From: Obrimoposthia wandeli
Lineage: Eukaryota
Direction of reading: 5' to 3'
DNA: 64,000 bases
Assembly (NCBI GenBank): GCA_977020255.1
Contig: CDROCS010002089.1
Span: 434,001-498,000, forward strand
Below the pieces are notes generated by a model. That model did not search any database. It saw only the letters and a program-made list of their open reading frames with translations, and was not told the DNA's origin. Both the position numbers and the translations under genes were made by a program. Positions 12,651 to 25,600 of this stretch are shown one piece after another (position 1 is the first letter of the stretch; each line of letters starts with the position of its first letter).

Positions 12651-15142
12651 CTGAAAAATGCAAAAATCTCTCTCAATCACTCAATCACAGAAATTGCAAA
12701 ATCGATGACAGATGAACAGTGTAATCAAGCATTGTCAGCATTGTTTCCACTAGGTAAAAGAGAGGCAGGGCTGTGTAGCTATTGTAATTAATCAGTGTGG
12801 ACAAACAAGCCGCTGGAGGAGATCTACTAAGCACTCTCACTGTCAATTGATCGATTAACGGAGCACTCTAATTCAGCGAGGCTACAATCTCCGTGACGGA
12901 CTGACTCTACACTACGCTGAGTAGAATGCAGATTTTGTTAAAAGACAACTTTAAAATAGCTGAAAATTCATTCGGAATTACTTGTTCAAAAAGTTTACGT
13001 TATGGCAGTCACGTTATGGATTTGTTACTTATGCAACCTTAAAAATTAAAACATTGAATTAAATGCTGCAGGGTTTTTAAAGCATTTGTAAGAGTTTATT
13101 AAATTGTATTAACTAATTAAATCAAGGTATTTTTTCTTATTCTTTTTTTTGTAATTTTTATGTTTAATTTGAAACTTATTAGCCAATTCAACTATAATAC
13201 ACCTAATTCTATTTTTACACGGTAGATACGTTCTACAGAAAACCGTGTAAAAATACATAGATTCCATAGTAAAAGAGAGATACGCTCCATAACTTCCAAA
13301 AAAAGTGCAAAACAAAAGAAATATCTATAAACCGTGCAAAAAAAGTTTTTAATTCTAAATAAAATATAAAATTAAAATAAAATAAAGTTATAGTAGAAAC
13401 CATAATTTTTCTAATGCAAATAAAATTAATATAAAATTCCAATATTACTTTTAAACGAATAAAATATAGGAACACATTTTTAAAGAAATAAACTAATATA
13501 AAATGCAAAGGTTTATAATAATTCGTCGCTACTTGATAATAAGCGCATCTGTTTGCGAAGAGCTAGTGTATTTTGGCCCCTAGTTTCCATTTAACTAGAA
13601 CAATTTACGCATGCATTTGTAGATGAACTTGGATAAAATGACTGAACGCAAGTATAAAAAGTGCAAAAAACATGTAAAAAGAAAAAGCTGTTCAATAAAA
13701 CCATTATTTATACTTAAATAACAAATACAGTTAAACCTGTATAATGTAAAGATAATGTGAATATTTCAAAATTTGAGTTATATTTTTTCTTTTTAAACAA
13801 ATCTTATAAATGTAAATGTAAACACTAAAACTTTTTAAATTTTCCCGAGAACTCAACAGGTGAATTATCAGAATAAATATACCGAATTTTGAGTAATTTA
13901 TTTATAAAAAGATTGCTTTCAAAAATAGGTTCAGACAGCCTTACTCACCAATAGATATATGAATTTGAAATTATATTCAAAATTATGCTCGAAAAACAAA
14001 ATAAATCCTAAATTTTCCAAGATCACGTATGTATTCTAAACAACTTTAACTATTTATAGTAAAATATGTCAATAATAATATGAACGTATTTTTAAATATC
14101 TTTGTCTTTGATTTTTAGAATGATATTATCAAATATTTTCCATGCTTATAAATCATTATTATTATTAAGTTTTTTTAAATATTTTATTGTTTAGTGAATA
14201 TATACAGAATTTTTAAAATTTAATATTCCATTAAAAATATTTAATATTTATGAATTTATGAAGTAAGCTTATTTTTACCTGTATAAGATTTTTTTTTGAT
14301 TTTGAATAGTTTTTAAAATTTTGAAGTTTTTGAGTTATTATATTTTTATTTACTTTTTAGACTTTTTATGTAATTTGTTTAAATATCTGTTTTTGTTAAC
14401 ATTCATATTTATACACGCAAAATTATTTTTTTTTGTATTTCTAAAAGAATGTGTAACAATTTAATTATGTTGCATTTGTCAAGTAAACATTTTAAACCCT
14501 ATTTAAAAAAAGAAATAATAAAAGGGTTTTTTACAGATTATACCGTAAACATTTCTGAAAATTTTAGTTGATATTCACGTTATTCAAATTTTATAATGCT
14601 AAAAGTATTTGAAATTTAAATGTAAAGTAAAAATGTGTAACTAATTTTTTTATGAGTACGGCAATAAATAATTATTTTTTTACTATTTTTTGGACTTTCA
14701 TTTATTATCAGAGAAATGTAATTTTTTTCTCAGAGTTGTGAAAAGGGAAATCAAAAAGCTTTCTGTGTTAATAATGTATTGTAATCTTATTTCGTCTTTG
14801 AATGACCCACAAAATTTTAACGCTTTTGTGGACTTGTTGGACTTCTCAATTTAGAATTTTCCCAAAAAATTCTTTCTTACATTTACCAGAATTAATACAT
14901 AGTTAGAATAGTTTAGCTTATTATTTAACAGTCAATATTAAAAATTACATGAAAAGACATTTTCCGAACAAAGGGATACATTTTATTATTTATTTGAATT
15001 TTAAAATGAATGTTTTTGTGTATTTGTACAATCTTTGTAAAAGTCCATCTGCAAACTATAATTTTGATAATTCAGTAGAATTGAATTAACAAAAATCAAT
15101 TAAATTTATGGCCATACAGCTGGAGGAGTCATGTTAACTTAC

Positions 15143-15877
15143 CCTTTATGGTTATTGTGAGGACAATGAGGAGAGTGGAACTGAGGCCAGTGAGAGTGAG
15201 ATTGTGGATGCCGCAGTCAAGGACGACACGAGCACGCAGGGTGTGGTTGAGAATGGTGAAGAGGGGATTGATTGGCAGGGCAGAGACGTTGTGCAGGATG
15301 AATGTGAGTGGAGTGAGGGGAGGCGGGAACTGCAGGGATATGTGACGGTGCGTCTGGGAGGGTCTGGAGGTATGACGAGGGGGGTCGGAATGATCAGTAA
15401 CTGTGATCGTGAGACTGTTGGATGAAGAGGTTCCGGGCGGAGCAGAGTCGTGGGCCACAAGAACGAGGGGGTAGGAGCCGGGTGGAATGCGGTGGGGGTG
15501 AAGGGGTTGGATGGTGTAGTTGGTGGGGGTCAACGACAACAGGCAGTATTGAGCGGGTTGGGGCTGTGTGAGGTGCAGATGGAACCGGGTGGGCACGGAA
15601 TCGCGATCTGTGATAGAGATTGTGGGTAACAGAGCTCCAGAAGATGAGGTCACCCATTGCACAGAAATAAGGGGAGCCTCGTCGTTGACATCGAGGAGGT
15701 AGATTGTCACAGAGGTTGAGCTTGTGTGCTGGAGTGCTACGTCATTGTCGTACGCGACTACTGTGAACTGATGCTGTGTGGCAGTCTCGTAGTCGAGCTG
15801 GCTGCGGACTGAGATATCCCCGGTACTCTTATCGACCTCAAATAGGGAATTACCCCTTAGTGAGTAGCTAACCTGAC
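15143..15877 (-). CDS. Protocadherin-like gene, exon 3
   Basis: 735 bp open, phase 1 to 1, acceptor tatacag|GT, donor G|gtaagt. QVSYSLRGNSLFEVDKSTGDISVRSQLDYETATQHQFTVVAYD...VTIYLLDVNDEAP is a canonical cadherin repeat. Confidence 0.92.
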
Positions 15878-16399
15878 CTGTATATGAGAGACGTATTATT
15901 TATATTTAAATATTTACATCTGACCACCAATGAAACTTCAAAGCGATAAACACATTTATTTAACTGTTATTTATGCAATTTAAAGGATTTTCTTCAAATT
16001 TGAAATTATTTATTTGATTTACATCATTATAATATTTATTTATAATGTTAAATCTCTTTAGAATTTATTCAAATAAATTTACAACTGCGAATACCTTCAT
16101 GTAAATATGTATATACTTTATTATACTTCATTTGACATTTTTTATTTTTCATTGATCAAAATTCCCATCGAAGTCACTGCCAAAAACTTACGATGAAATA
16201 TATTAATATATATATAAACGTTACCTTAAAACATTTGACAATTATAGAGACAAAAGATTTAGTTTAAATATGATAAACATTTTTAAAAAGACTTATAAAT
16301 TGTCTATGATCAAATATTTTTAAAACCGTGACTTCTTCGACGGAATTTGTGGAAAATAAACATTATTAGATGTTTATTTTGACATAAGATTATAATGAT

Positions 16400-16990
16400 T
16401 ACAATTATTAATGATAATTAATGATCAACATAATTGGTTTATCTGAAGTGATCTCAAGGTTGTGGCTCTTCTTTTTGGTATGCAAATGAAGTACACCAAT
16501 ACATGTTTTTGAGACAACAGAGACGAGCAATCATTTTACTGATAAAATATTACCAATGCAACAATAGTTTACTGATGGTGTAAAAGAAACATTCTTCTTA
16601 TACCCTTAGCGAATGGGTATAACGAATTTTTTTTGAAAGCTATGTAAAGTGCCAGGTTGGTACAACAAAGGTTCTTAAATATGAGTATGAATTGACAATT
16701 GGTGTATTCAATGTCATTCATAAAATAATCGGAGATGACTGCATGACGATTATTTAAATTGGTGGGACAAATATTTTATGAAATTGTATATCAGCTGACT
16801 TCATTGAGCTCGTAAATGATTTTCTGAAATTACCATGAGATGCATAATGTCGTTTAAAATGCATTTTTCTATTATAATCTGGACTCCTTTCTGGCTACTT
16901 GAGAGATATGTCTGATGAACACAGAGAAATATTCCATCGGGACATCTTGACTATGAAGCAACGATACCAAATAACGGTGACGACACACCA
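16400..16990 (+). mobile_element. Chapaev3-like (CMC) transposase remnant
   Basis: HNWFI*SDLKVVALLFGMQ and DMSDEHREIFHRDILTMKQRYQ match GDLKV..LLLG.Q and SDEHGERFHQDI..ME.RYQG. Many stops and frameshifts. Confidence 0.7.
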
Positions 16991-17645
16991 AATTAAAACA
17001 TTATTTTGCCAATCAATAGATAATGAATTGTTTGACTGATTTGTGTATTAATTATCTAGAATCAATAAAATTCACTTAACCATGAACAGTTTATGATATG
17101 TGAATAAAATAATTTCATTTTAAAACCATTTTTAGCATTTAAAATTTAACTACATGATTGTTTTTATTGCATACAATCAATAGACAATAGACGTATTATA
17201 AACTCTGACTGTCGATTTAGATTCAAGATATTCAAATGACCTAATGTAGCCTTAAATATTAGTAGTACATAATTTTTTCATATTTTTTATATATTACCCT
17301 TTTAAATTGGATAATTCAAATCCAGTTATTGTTGCACCTCTTGTAACAAACTAGTACATGCCAAATGGTGTTGGAAAAAGAAATCCAGAAGACATTGGTT
17401 AGTTGTGAATAGCTTTCCTTCAGTATGTAACTGTTTTGAAATTGACTTCATAATTTAGATAATTTGTCTTTAGTTTACACAGACTATTGTTCGACCAAAT
17501 AAATAATGTTACCTTCATTTATAGAAACTCGATATATTATCTACTAAGGTAGAAAAATTATTGATCAACAGAATTAGTGTGAAGGGAATCGAAAATGTAA
17601 TCACGGGAATGTTTGCTGTAAATGTGTAAGATGGAGAGCACGCAC

Positions 17646-17964
17646 CAGCAGAGCCGGAGTCACGGTCAAGTGCTGAGACACGGCCCACAATACAGCCGAT
17701 CGGGACTGCCTCAGAGAGGTGCCACACGAAGCGGGCCTGGGAGAATATCGGTGCAGCCCGATTGGCACTGTGCAGTGTCAGCAGAATCGTCACAACTCGT
17801 GACCATCGACCGCCACCGTCTATCACACGCACTTGCATCCCCATTCTCGTTCCCACGGTGTGGCGGCTGAGAGGAGCCTTAACCACGAGACGCAGATCCC
17901 ACCATCCGCTGCCTAGGACTGGGCTGGGTTGCACCTCTGCCCTGAATCGCTCTGTGGGATCACC
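17646..17964 (-). CDS. Protocadherin-like gene, exon 2
   Basis: Acceptor gtgttcag|GGT, donor G|gtgcgt, 319 bp, phase 0 to 1. ...LRLVVKAPLSR...VRVIDGGG...HLSEAVPIGCIVGRVSALDRDSG. Confidence 0.88.
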
Positions 17965-19959
17965 CTGAACACAAGTGGCAAAGGTATATCAATGTTTCAC
18001 ATACAGAAACTGTCAGAAAGTGCCATCCAACCAATGCAAATTCAGTTAAAATAACTTAAAGATATACTTGTTTACCCGAAAAACGTTGATATAGCCTTCA
18101 AAACTCGGTAATTAATCATTAAATAGTCGCGAGACAACCCAAACGTTTGGCAACTAATTCATCAGATGATGTTTACAATATGGACGAGCCTGAAATAGTA
18201 TTTCGAGGGCTTCCAAACAATACACCTTGCTTTTCCTATGAAAGGTGCAAGATTCGCAATTCTTCTATGTTTCAATTTCGTTAGAAAATCAGCTAACCCA
18301 CACTGTCTCCGTAGACTGAATGTAAAAAATCGAATTAAGAGGCTTGCATGGTTTTAGAAATTTTTATTAGTTGGCTTCGTGAGCTAGATCGCTGATTTAT
18401 TTGTGAAACTGTTACATGTTTATGTTAGTCAATAATTTCTCTTCACACCCCCTATTACTATTAGTATTTTCTTTCACCCAAATTTACCATCAGTTATTCA
18501 CCCTTTAAATCTAGAAATTAGTCAAATGTTCAAATTGAACTATTGTAAACGTCGATCGTGAATACTACGAGTGATTCACATTCTCTCGTTAAACCAAAAT
18601 CTCCTGATTTTGATTTCGATGATAGGAACCTTTTTAACAGTGATGCATCATAATTTTCTCGCATCGCATGACATTGATACAGAGGTGGATAAGAAGTGCA
18701 TAAGAAGTACATAAAATTATATATTGTAAAGCTATCTTAAAGCCTTTTACAACATTTTTATTTGGGACGCAAATTAACACAATAAATCTATCTGTATTCC
18801 TATAATCACGTTTATTTCCATTTAGTACTCGGAAGTTCCTTAACATTGAAACTGCTACATATAGATCATTTAGATAATTTTAAAGTTTTAATTAGCAATC
18901 TGTCTAATTGAGGTTGATTCATTTTATTTTCAATCATCATCAGATTTTCTTGGTTGAACTCAAAACACCTTGAACTATCCGGGCTAGACATGTCTAAAGG
19001 TATAGGAAAAACAACCAAACGTGAGGTTGTAGCCTGATTGTTTACATCAAATTGGGATGCAGAGTGTGTGTAATTCTTCTTGTTAAACAAAATCAGATAT
19101 TTGTGTAAGGTGTACGCTTTCATGTAACCCACGATGACAGATTAAATAAACATTTACTACTCTTAAAATCAAGCCTTGATAATATAGAGGTTTGGATTTA
19201 TGCTGTCTTTAAATATAAATAATGCGCATATGTAACAGAAATAGGGAAGATCTTTTTTACACTTTCCGTTGGGTGTTATAACTAAAAAGAGAGAAAATTA
19301 CAAATATTAATTTTCGATTAAACAATTCATGCTTTGGAAACGTTTGAGAACATTATGGAATATAGACAACTTTAAATTAAACATTTCTGAGAATTTTAAT
19401 TTTTGTAATTTAAAAACACGCAATATAAAAACTAAAAGAATTAATGAAGGAATTTATGAATTAATGTGTACATTATTAAATGAATAAATTCTAAAGATTA
19501 CATATCTAGTTTAATTTCTGTGATAGATCTCCAGGGCTTCTGTTCTGAAGTTTAAAAGGAGAAATTCTGAGATCATTTTGATTTTTATATTCATTGAAAA
19601 ATATAGAATACATCTTTCATTTTTTCGTCGCTTTATTTTCGGACATTAATTATTTTAACATTAAGCATTAACAAAAGGTCCGGATTATTGGGACTATTAA
19701 ATAGGGTTGACAGCATTATAGGATCAAATTATGAACCTTATTATATACCTTATATATTATCAGTGAAACCGGAAATCTCTAACCATAATGTTCTAGTAAT
19801 TGTTCTCTAGTTTTCATGTCGATTTTTATTCGTTGCTATCTCTTAACCTTATCAAAGAAAATCATTTATCCATTACTTTTCTCCAGATTCAGTATTTATA
19901 CACTCACGTTTCCTCCACACAAAACCAAAATATTCATCAATAAACATGCAAAATCTCAC

Positions 19960-20427
19960 CCGAAACATATGCGCTGCCTTTACGCTGTTTTTCATCTCAT
20001 CAGGATCCCACACACCGCCAATATTGATACGAGTACCCAGCGGCACATTCTCCGTCACTGCATGCCTCACCAAACTTACATTAATCCACGGCTGATGGTC
20101 GTTCTCGTCCTGTACCACCACTTCCACCACACGACTGATTCCCTCCACAGAGATAGTCACGAATGAGAGTAATTGCACTTTCTCTCTATCGATTTCTGTT
20201 GCTACTAGCACTTTACCAGTTTCTCGCTCTATCACTATCTGATTTTCGTCACTGTCACCATACTTGTACATCTCAAATGGGGCACTGAATCCCGGTGACT
20301 GTACTCTACCGATTTCCGTACCGATTTCACTGTTTTCCAGCACACTGAATTGCAGAACTGAGCTCTTGGGAGCCGCCACATTGTTAACCAGAACATAAAC
20401 TATGAATAAATAACCTATCGGGAACAT
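19960..20427 (-). CDS. Protocadherin-like gene, exon 1 (signal peptide, EC1, start of EC2)
   Basis: ATG plus hydrophobic leader MFPIGYLFIVYVLVNNVAA; FSVLENSEIG, EIDRE, VQDENDHQP, VTENVPLG, DPDE. Donor CGG|gtgaga, phase 0. Confidence 0.9.
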
Positions 20428-20879
20428 TTACATCCGTTAAGCGTCTCTTGAAACATTTATTTCTGGTTTGCAGAGAAATAAAATATTAACGAGATATAAT
20501 GTGCTCGTCAAATAATTGCTTGATTAGAGGTCAGTTATTAGTATATTAAAACATATTTAACTTTTTTTATCTTGAAGTTTATTGTAAATATTGTAATAGT
20601 TTTTATAAAACCGATATAACTGTTAAATATATTCAAATTTTAATATTAATTTTTGACTTATTGTAGTTGAATTATAAATTGAACGTTATTTTACTAATAT
20701 TCATATGTAGTTTTTTCTTTTAATAACAGTATGTTTAAATTTAATTTCAATTGAAATACAAAAAATATTTGGTTAAAAACCCTTACTAAACCACAGAATT
20801 ATTTAAAACTATAAATGTGCAACCAAGTATATCTATATATACGATTTAAAATGTTTAAAAGACTCCATTAATATTCAAA

Positions 20880-21106
20880 AAGTGCACTTATCGACTGCAA
20901 TATGTTCATTTGTTACTTCGACATAAAAACCAGAAGCTATAAACATATGCTCAGTATATAAATTTCAAATTAATATTTGAAAAGCAACAAAAGGAAATCA
21001 TCTAGTTTATTCTTTTAAATCGCATCCGTCCAGTTCATTCCAGTATTTTGATGCATGATAATATAAATAAAATTACATGTGTCTCTTACATTCCATCTTA
21101 CAATCA
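20880..21106 (+). mobile_element. piggyBac-like transposase remnant, 5' part (interrupted by Gypsy)
   Basis: KITCVSYIPS at the junction continues after 30015 into KPTMIIDYNCRKGGVHQID. Confidence 0.55.
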
Positions 21107-24100
21107 AGTTATGTAATCAGAAACGTCAAATATCCTACCGGCAATATTTGTTTATAACATATCCTGCATGCATGTATAAAGATATACTGTGTTTGTAGAA
21201 TCTAACTTTTTGGAATTATGTCTACAATAGAAAACATAACTGGTGATCACACCGAAATAACGGTTTTGACTAAAAATCAAGGAAAGAAAAATATTTTCAA
21301 GTATCTTCCAAAAAAGACTAGAATGATGTTGCAGTACAACATAAGAAGACATGATAGAACGACTTCAAAAGAAGATGAAAAGTGGTTAAAATATATAAAA
21401 GAGTGAGTCGAAGCAAATTATCTTTATATCGGACATGCATTTGATTTGCTGTTATCTGATAACACTGCATTATTATGGAAGGATGCCAGTGAAGCGGTAA
21501 TTTCAGCAATCGAAGTCAAAAAATGGTTTGAAGAAAATTTCTAAGAAAATAAATATATAGTAAATAAAGTATGCAAACTTGCAAACGTGAAGCAATTAGA
21601 AGAAGAACGTTTCTCAACTTTCAGCATTATAGTTAAATTTGTTGAAGCTATGATGCAAAACCACGTTAGCAAATATGAGCTTACTGACACTTTTATTAAA
21701 GATAGGGTACGGAGCGAAAAACAGAAGGAATAATTGATATTAAAATTGCAGATGGTACGAGAAGAAGTAGAGGCATTAGCAAACGTTTATAGTGAAATTG
21801 AGAAAAAAAACACAGATTGCGCAACTCCAGAATATACATTAAAAAGAGGATACTACTGTTTTCGTGTCTCAAACAAGACGAACAAACACTCAGTACTAGT
21901 ACCAGAATATCACGAAGGAAGAAGATACATTATTGAAGATAAAAATACATGATTAGGGATTCACAAAACCAAAATAATAGAAGACAAATGCCGAAGTTTT
22001 CCTTAAAGTTAATAGATAAAAGGAAATATAATTTAGCTAAGGGATTACATATCACAAAAAGTGAAGAATTTCAGTAGCATGTTTTCGCGGTTTTGATATG
22101 TGGTAAAAGGTGTCAGAATTTCAACAGCTGCCATCATTTGAAGGACGTAAATAAAACTTCAAAAGTACTTTATATAGCAGAAGAAGTGGGAGAAAATAAT
22201 GAAGATTTATAAGATTGTAATAGTGACGACATGGTAATACATGATGAAAACGTTTTCCTCAAAAGAAAGAACAGATAAAATATGTAATTCTTTGAAATGC
22301 GATAGAGACTCAATTGTCCGACATGATATTAAAGAGTTTGGAAATATATTTATGTGTTCTAAATTTGATTTAGGATATACCAAAATTGTCTCCCATAAAA
22401 ATGAGACTATCGTCGATCCAATTTGTCAAAATTCTAGACAACAACCAATACATTTATAAAACCAAGTTGATGAAATGATTGAAAATTTACTCAAAGTAAA
22501 CATAATTAGAAGTTGTGAAAGTCCTTGAAACTTATCATTGGTTATAGTGAAGAAACCAGACAATAAAATTCAAATGTGTGTTGACTGCAGACAATTGAAT
22601 GAGAAATTTTAACCAAGAAATTTAAAATTCCAATAACTGATTTTTTGTTGTGGTTATTGTGTTAGAAGAAAAATTGAAACAAGTAGAACAAAATAAATAT
22701 ATATTCCTATAGTCAAATAATTATTTTAATATCAAATAGTTGGCTACATTAAGGAAAAAAAAATCTAAAATAAATATGTTGATAGTAATCGATCGATTTA
22801 GTAAACTATCAGCAACTACAAAATAAAAAGAAATAAGAATTACTAAAGCACTCGAGACAAATTGGATATATAAATTTGGGAAACCTACAAGCATTTTAAC
22901 AGATATAGGACGAATATTTATAGGAAATTAATTTCAGAATTTTCCATGAAACTTTGGTATTGAAATTGTGCTTACAGCACCTTATCAAAATCAAGCTTAC
23001 GGTCTAGAAGAAAGAGTGCGTATAGCAAGGTAAGATATATGATTGTTACGACAATAGCGTTTACTAAAACAAAAAAACGTTGGCACGATTTATTGTCACA
23101 AATTGAATTTTCTATAAATGCAATAATAAATAGTTTTTCAAAACATTCACAGTTTGAGGTCATTTATGGAATAAGAATACAAATTCAAGTATCAAGTGCA
23201 ACAACAAACAATAAAGGAGATATCATTCAAGAGGTAAGGAAGAACCAACAAATCGTAGCTGAAAAGTTAGAGAAGCTAGATGATTAAAAAATAGTGGAAA
23301 GTATATTTGAAGTTAATGAAAAGATGATTGTTAAAAACTAAATCCAATTAAAAGTAGCAAGTGACCAGTATGAAGGCCGTATAGAATAATATAATTTTTG
23401 AGTCAATTCGGTTTTCAAGAAGAATCATTTCCAGGAGATTCAAATAGCTGAAAGGCAAGTTTGAATAGTGAAGGGGAGAGTTATGTAATCAGCAACTGGA
23501 ATTACCCTACCGGCAGTATTTATTCAAATTAACCCCTGTATAAATAAATATATATATATATGACGTAGTAAAAATAATTTTGTAAATTTGTTGTAAATTT
23601 GTAGTTGTAATAAAATAATTTAAATAATTAAGTTAGATAATCTGTTGTCAACATAGTTTATGCGTTTTGTAAATTGACAAAGTAAACAAATTGTATTTGT
23701 TTGAATATTGCCACGTAGGCAGTGGTGATTTTGAAGATAGGAAAGTTTGAATGTTTTTGAATAAAGGCAGTATCGATCCTAAAGAGCTGGATGACTTTAA
23801 GATTGCGAATGGGACCATCAATGGATACCCAAAAGCGGAGAAGAGTTATTCAGAACTGTTCTACAAGGAATTTTGATCCCGGCAGCCACGGAGTTAAATC
23901 TGGGGTTGTCCTCACCCACATTATATTTTAAAGATTTTAAAGTCAATCCTGTCGGTGATCACGAGCGCTAAAAGATCCCTCTATGTTGGTGAGTTTGTAG
24001 ATTGCATGAATTGTGTTGGCAACGGATTGACTTTAAAATCTTTAAAATATAATGTAGGTGAGGACAACCCCAGATTTAACCCCAACATTTTTAAACCTTA

Positions 24101-24182
24101 AAGAGATAATGTGGGTGGGGACAACCCCAGATATAAACCCAACATTTTAAAAAATTATGAATTTAACAATTTCGACTATAGA

Positions 24183-24410
24183 TTTCAAATTTTTGCAAAA
24201 ACTATTGTTGGAAAGACAATAACTTTAGAAGTAGGATCAGGTGAAACTATTGAAGATGTAAAGGTAAAGATTCAAGACAAGGAAGGCATTCCACCAGACC
24301 AACAACGGTTAATATTTGCAGGTAAGCAGCTTGAAGGTGAGAGCAATCTAGCAGATTATGAGATACAGAGAGAAAATACCCTTCAGTTAGTACTTAGACT
24401 CAGAGGTGAG
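24183..24410 (+). CDS. Ubiquitin domain fused in frame to the N-terminus of BEL Gag
   Basis: [76 protein letters not shown]: 56/76 identical to canonical ubiquitin by manual count. Continues directly into [25 protein letters not shown]. Confidence 0.93.
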
Positions 24411-25600
24411 ACGATGGAAGAAGAGATGAGGGAATGGATGCGGATAAAGAAAACAATGAAGTGGAATTTAACCAGATCAAGGAACACGATTATAGAAGGA
24501 ATATCGATTGGAAATATAGCGAGTCAGCGGTCGAGCTATGAAGAAGAATACAAAAAACGGTAAGAAAGATGATGGACATGGTAGAGTGGTGTTGTAATAA
24601 CAGGAAGAAGGAGAAAGCACCGAAACCCGAGAAGGAGAGACGAGCTAGAAGAAAATTATGAAGAAATCAGTCAACTACTCATCAAAAAAGTATCAGAGAT
24701 GAACTCAGAGGTTGGTTGGGCTGTGGATAGAAGGATGGTATCAAAAGAGAATATCAGACTTAAAAGATTAAAGAAGTTAACAGTCCCAATATTCAGCGGG
24801 AATGTAAGAGAATATGCAGCGTGGAAAGCAGTTTTGGAAGTATACGTACACAACGCCAGTGGAGAAGCAAGCAAGAAACTCCTATATCTCCAGGATTGTT
24901 TGAGAGGTGAATCGTTAAAATTAGTGGAGGGTCTGAGATTTTGTTTAAGCAAGGCCTATGAAGTGGCAATTGAAAAATTGGAAAGAAGATATGGGGGACA
25001 AAAGAAAAGTTATAATTTAATTTTAGCTCTTAAGTTATTGCCAGAGACAGCAATTATTAGCTGGGGAAGATATGTACACGCAACGAGATTGCAAGAAAAT
25101 ATGTACATCTTGGAGAACTGGGCTAGGGAAGAGTCACTGTATTTATGAAAAGCTACCGACATATCACGAGGAGTAAACAGAAGCGGAATGGAGCGAAAGA
25201 GAGCTACTTTCCACACACAGAAAGAAGAGAGGACCAATTTCAGATATCACGAGATAACGGAGTCAATAAGGCGGAACTTCCAATTGATGGGCGAGAACCG
25301 AGAAACGAGGAAAGAAGAGCCCAAAATCAGCGAGCAACGTGGAAGAAGAGTTGCCGCACATGTGGAGAAAATCATTATTTAAGCCAATGTGAGAAGTTCA
25401 AGAGCTTGCATTTGGACGAGAGGTGGGAGTTCGTAAGAAAGAATGCGCTCTGTTTTAATTGTCTTAATGAAGGCCATCGGGTGAATGAATGCAAGTTAAG
25501 GAAGTTTTGTAATGTGGCTGGATGTCCAACAAAGCACCACTTCTTGGTGCATCGGGAATGGAAGGAGAACACAATGTCACCGGTAAAATTCACAAATCAC
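24411..25600 (+). pseudogene. BEL/Pao gag, frameshifted
   Basis: DUF1759-like LKKLTVPIFSGNVREY...KLLYLQDCLRGE; zinc knuckles CRTCGENH, CFNCLNEGH and CNVAGCPTKHHFLVH. Confidence 0.88.

Noticed and set aside
15148-15657. Plus-strand and alternative-frame ORFs over cadherin exon 3 (and likewise 17622-17968, 19816-20166, 332-544, 38174-38386)
   Set aside because: Shadow ORFs of GC-rich exons; the minus-strand frame has the family motifs and splice sites.
18000-19140. Moderately GC-rich intronic segment with short ORFs (18530-19132)
   Set aside because: No cadherin motifs, and exons 1 and 2 already join in phase. Probably a decayed TE, but unassignable.
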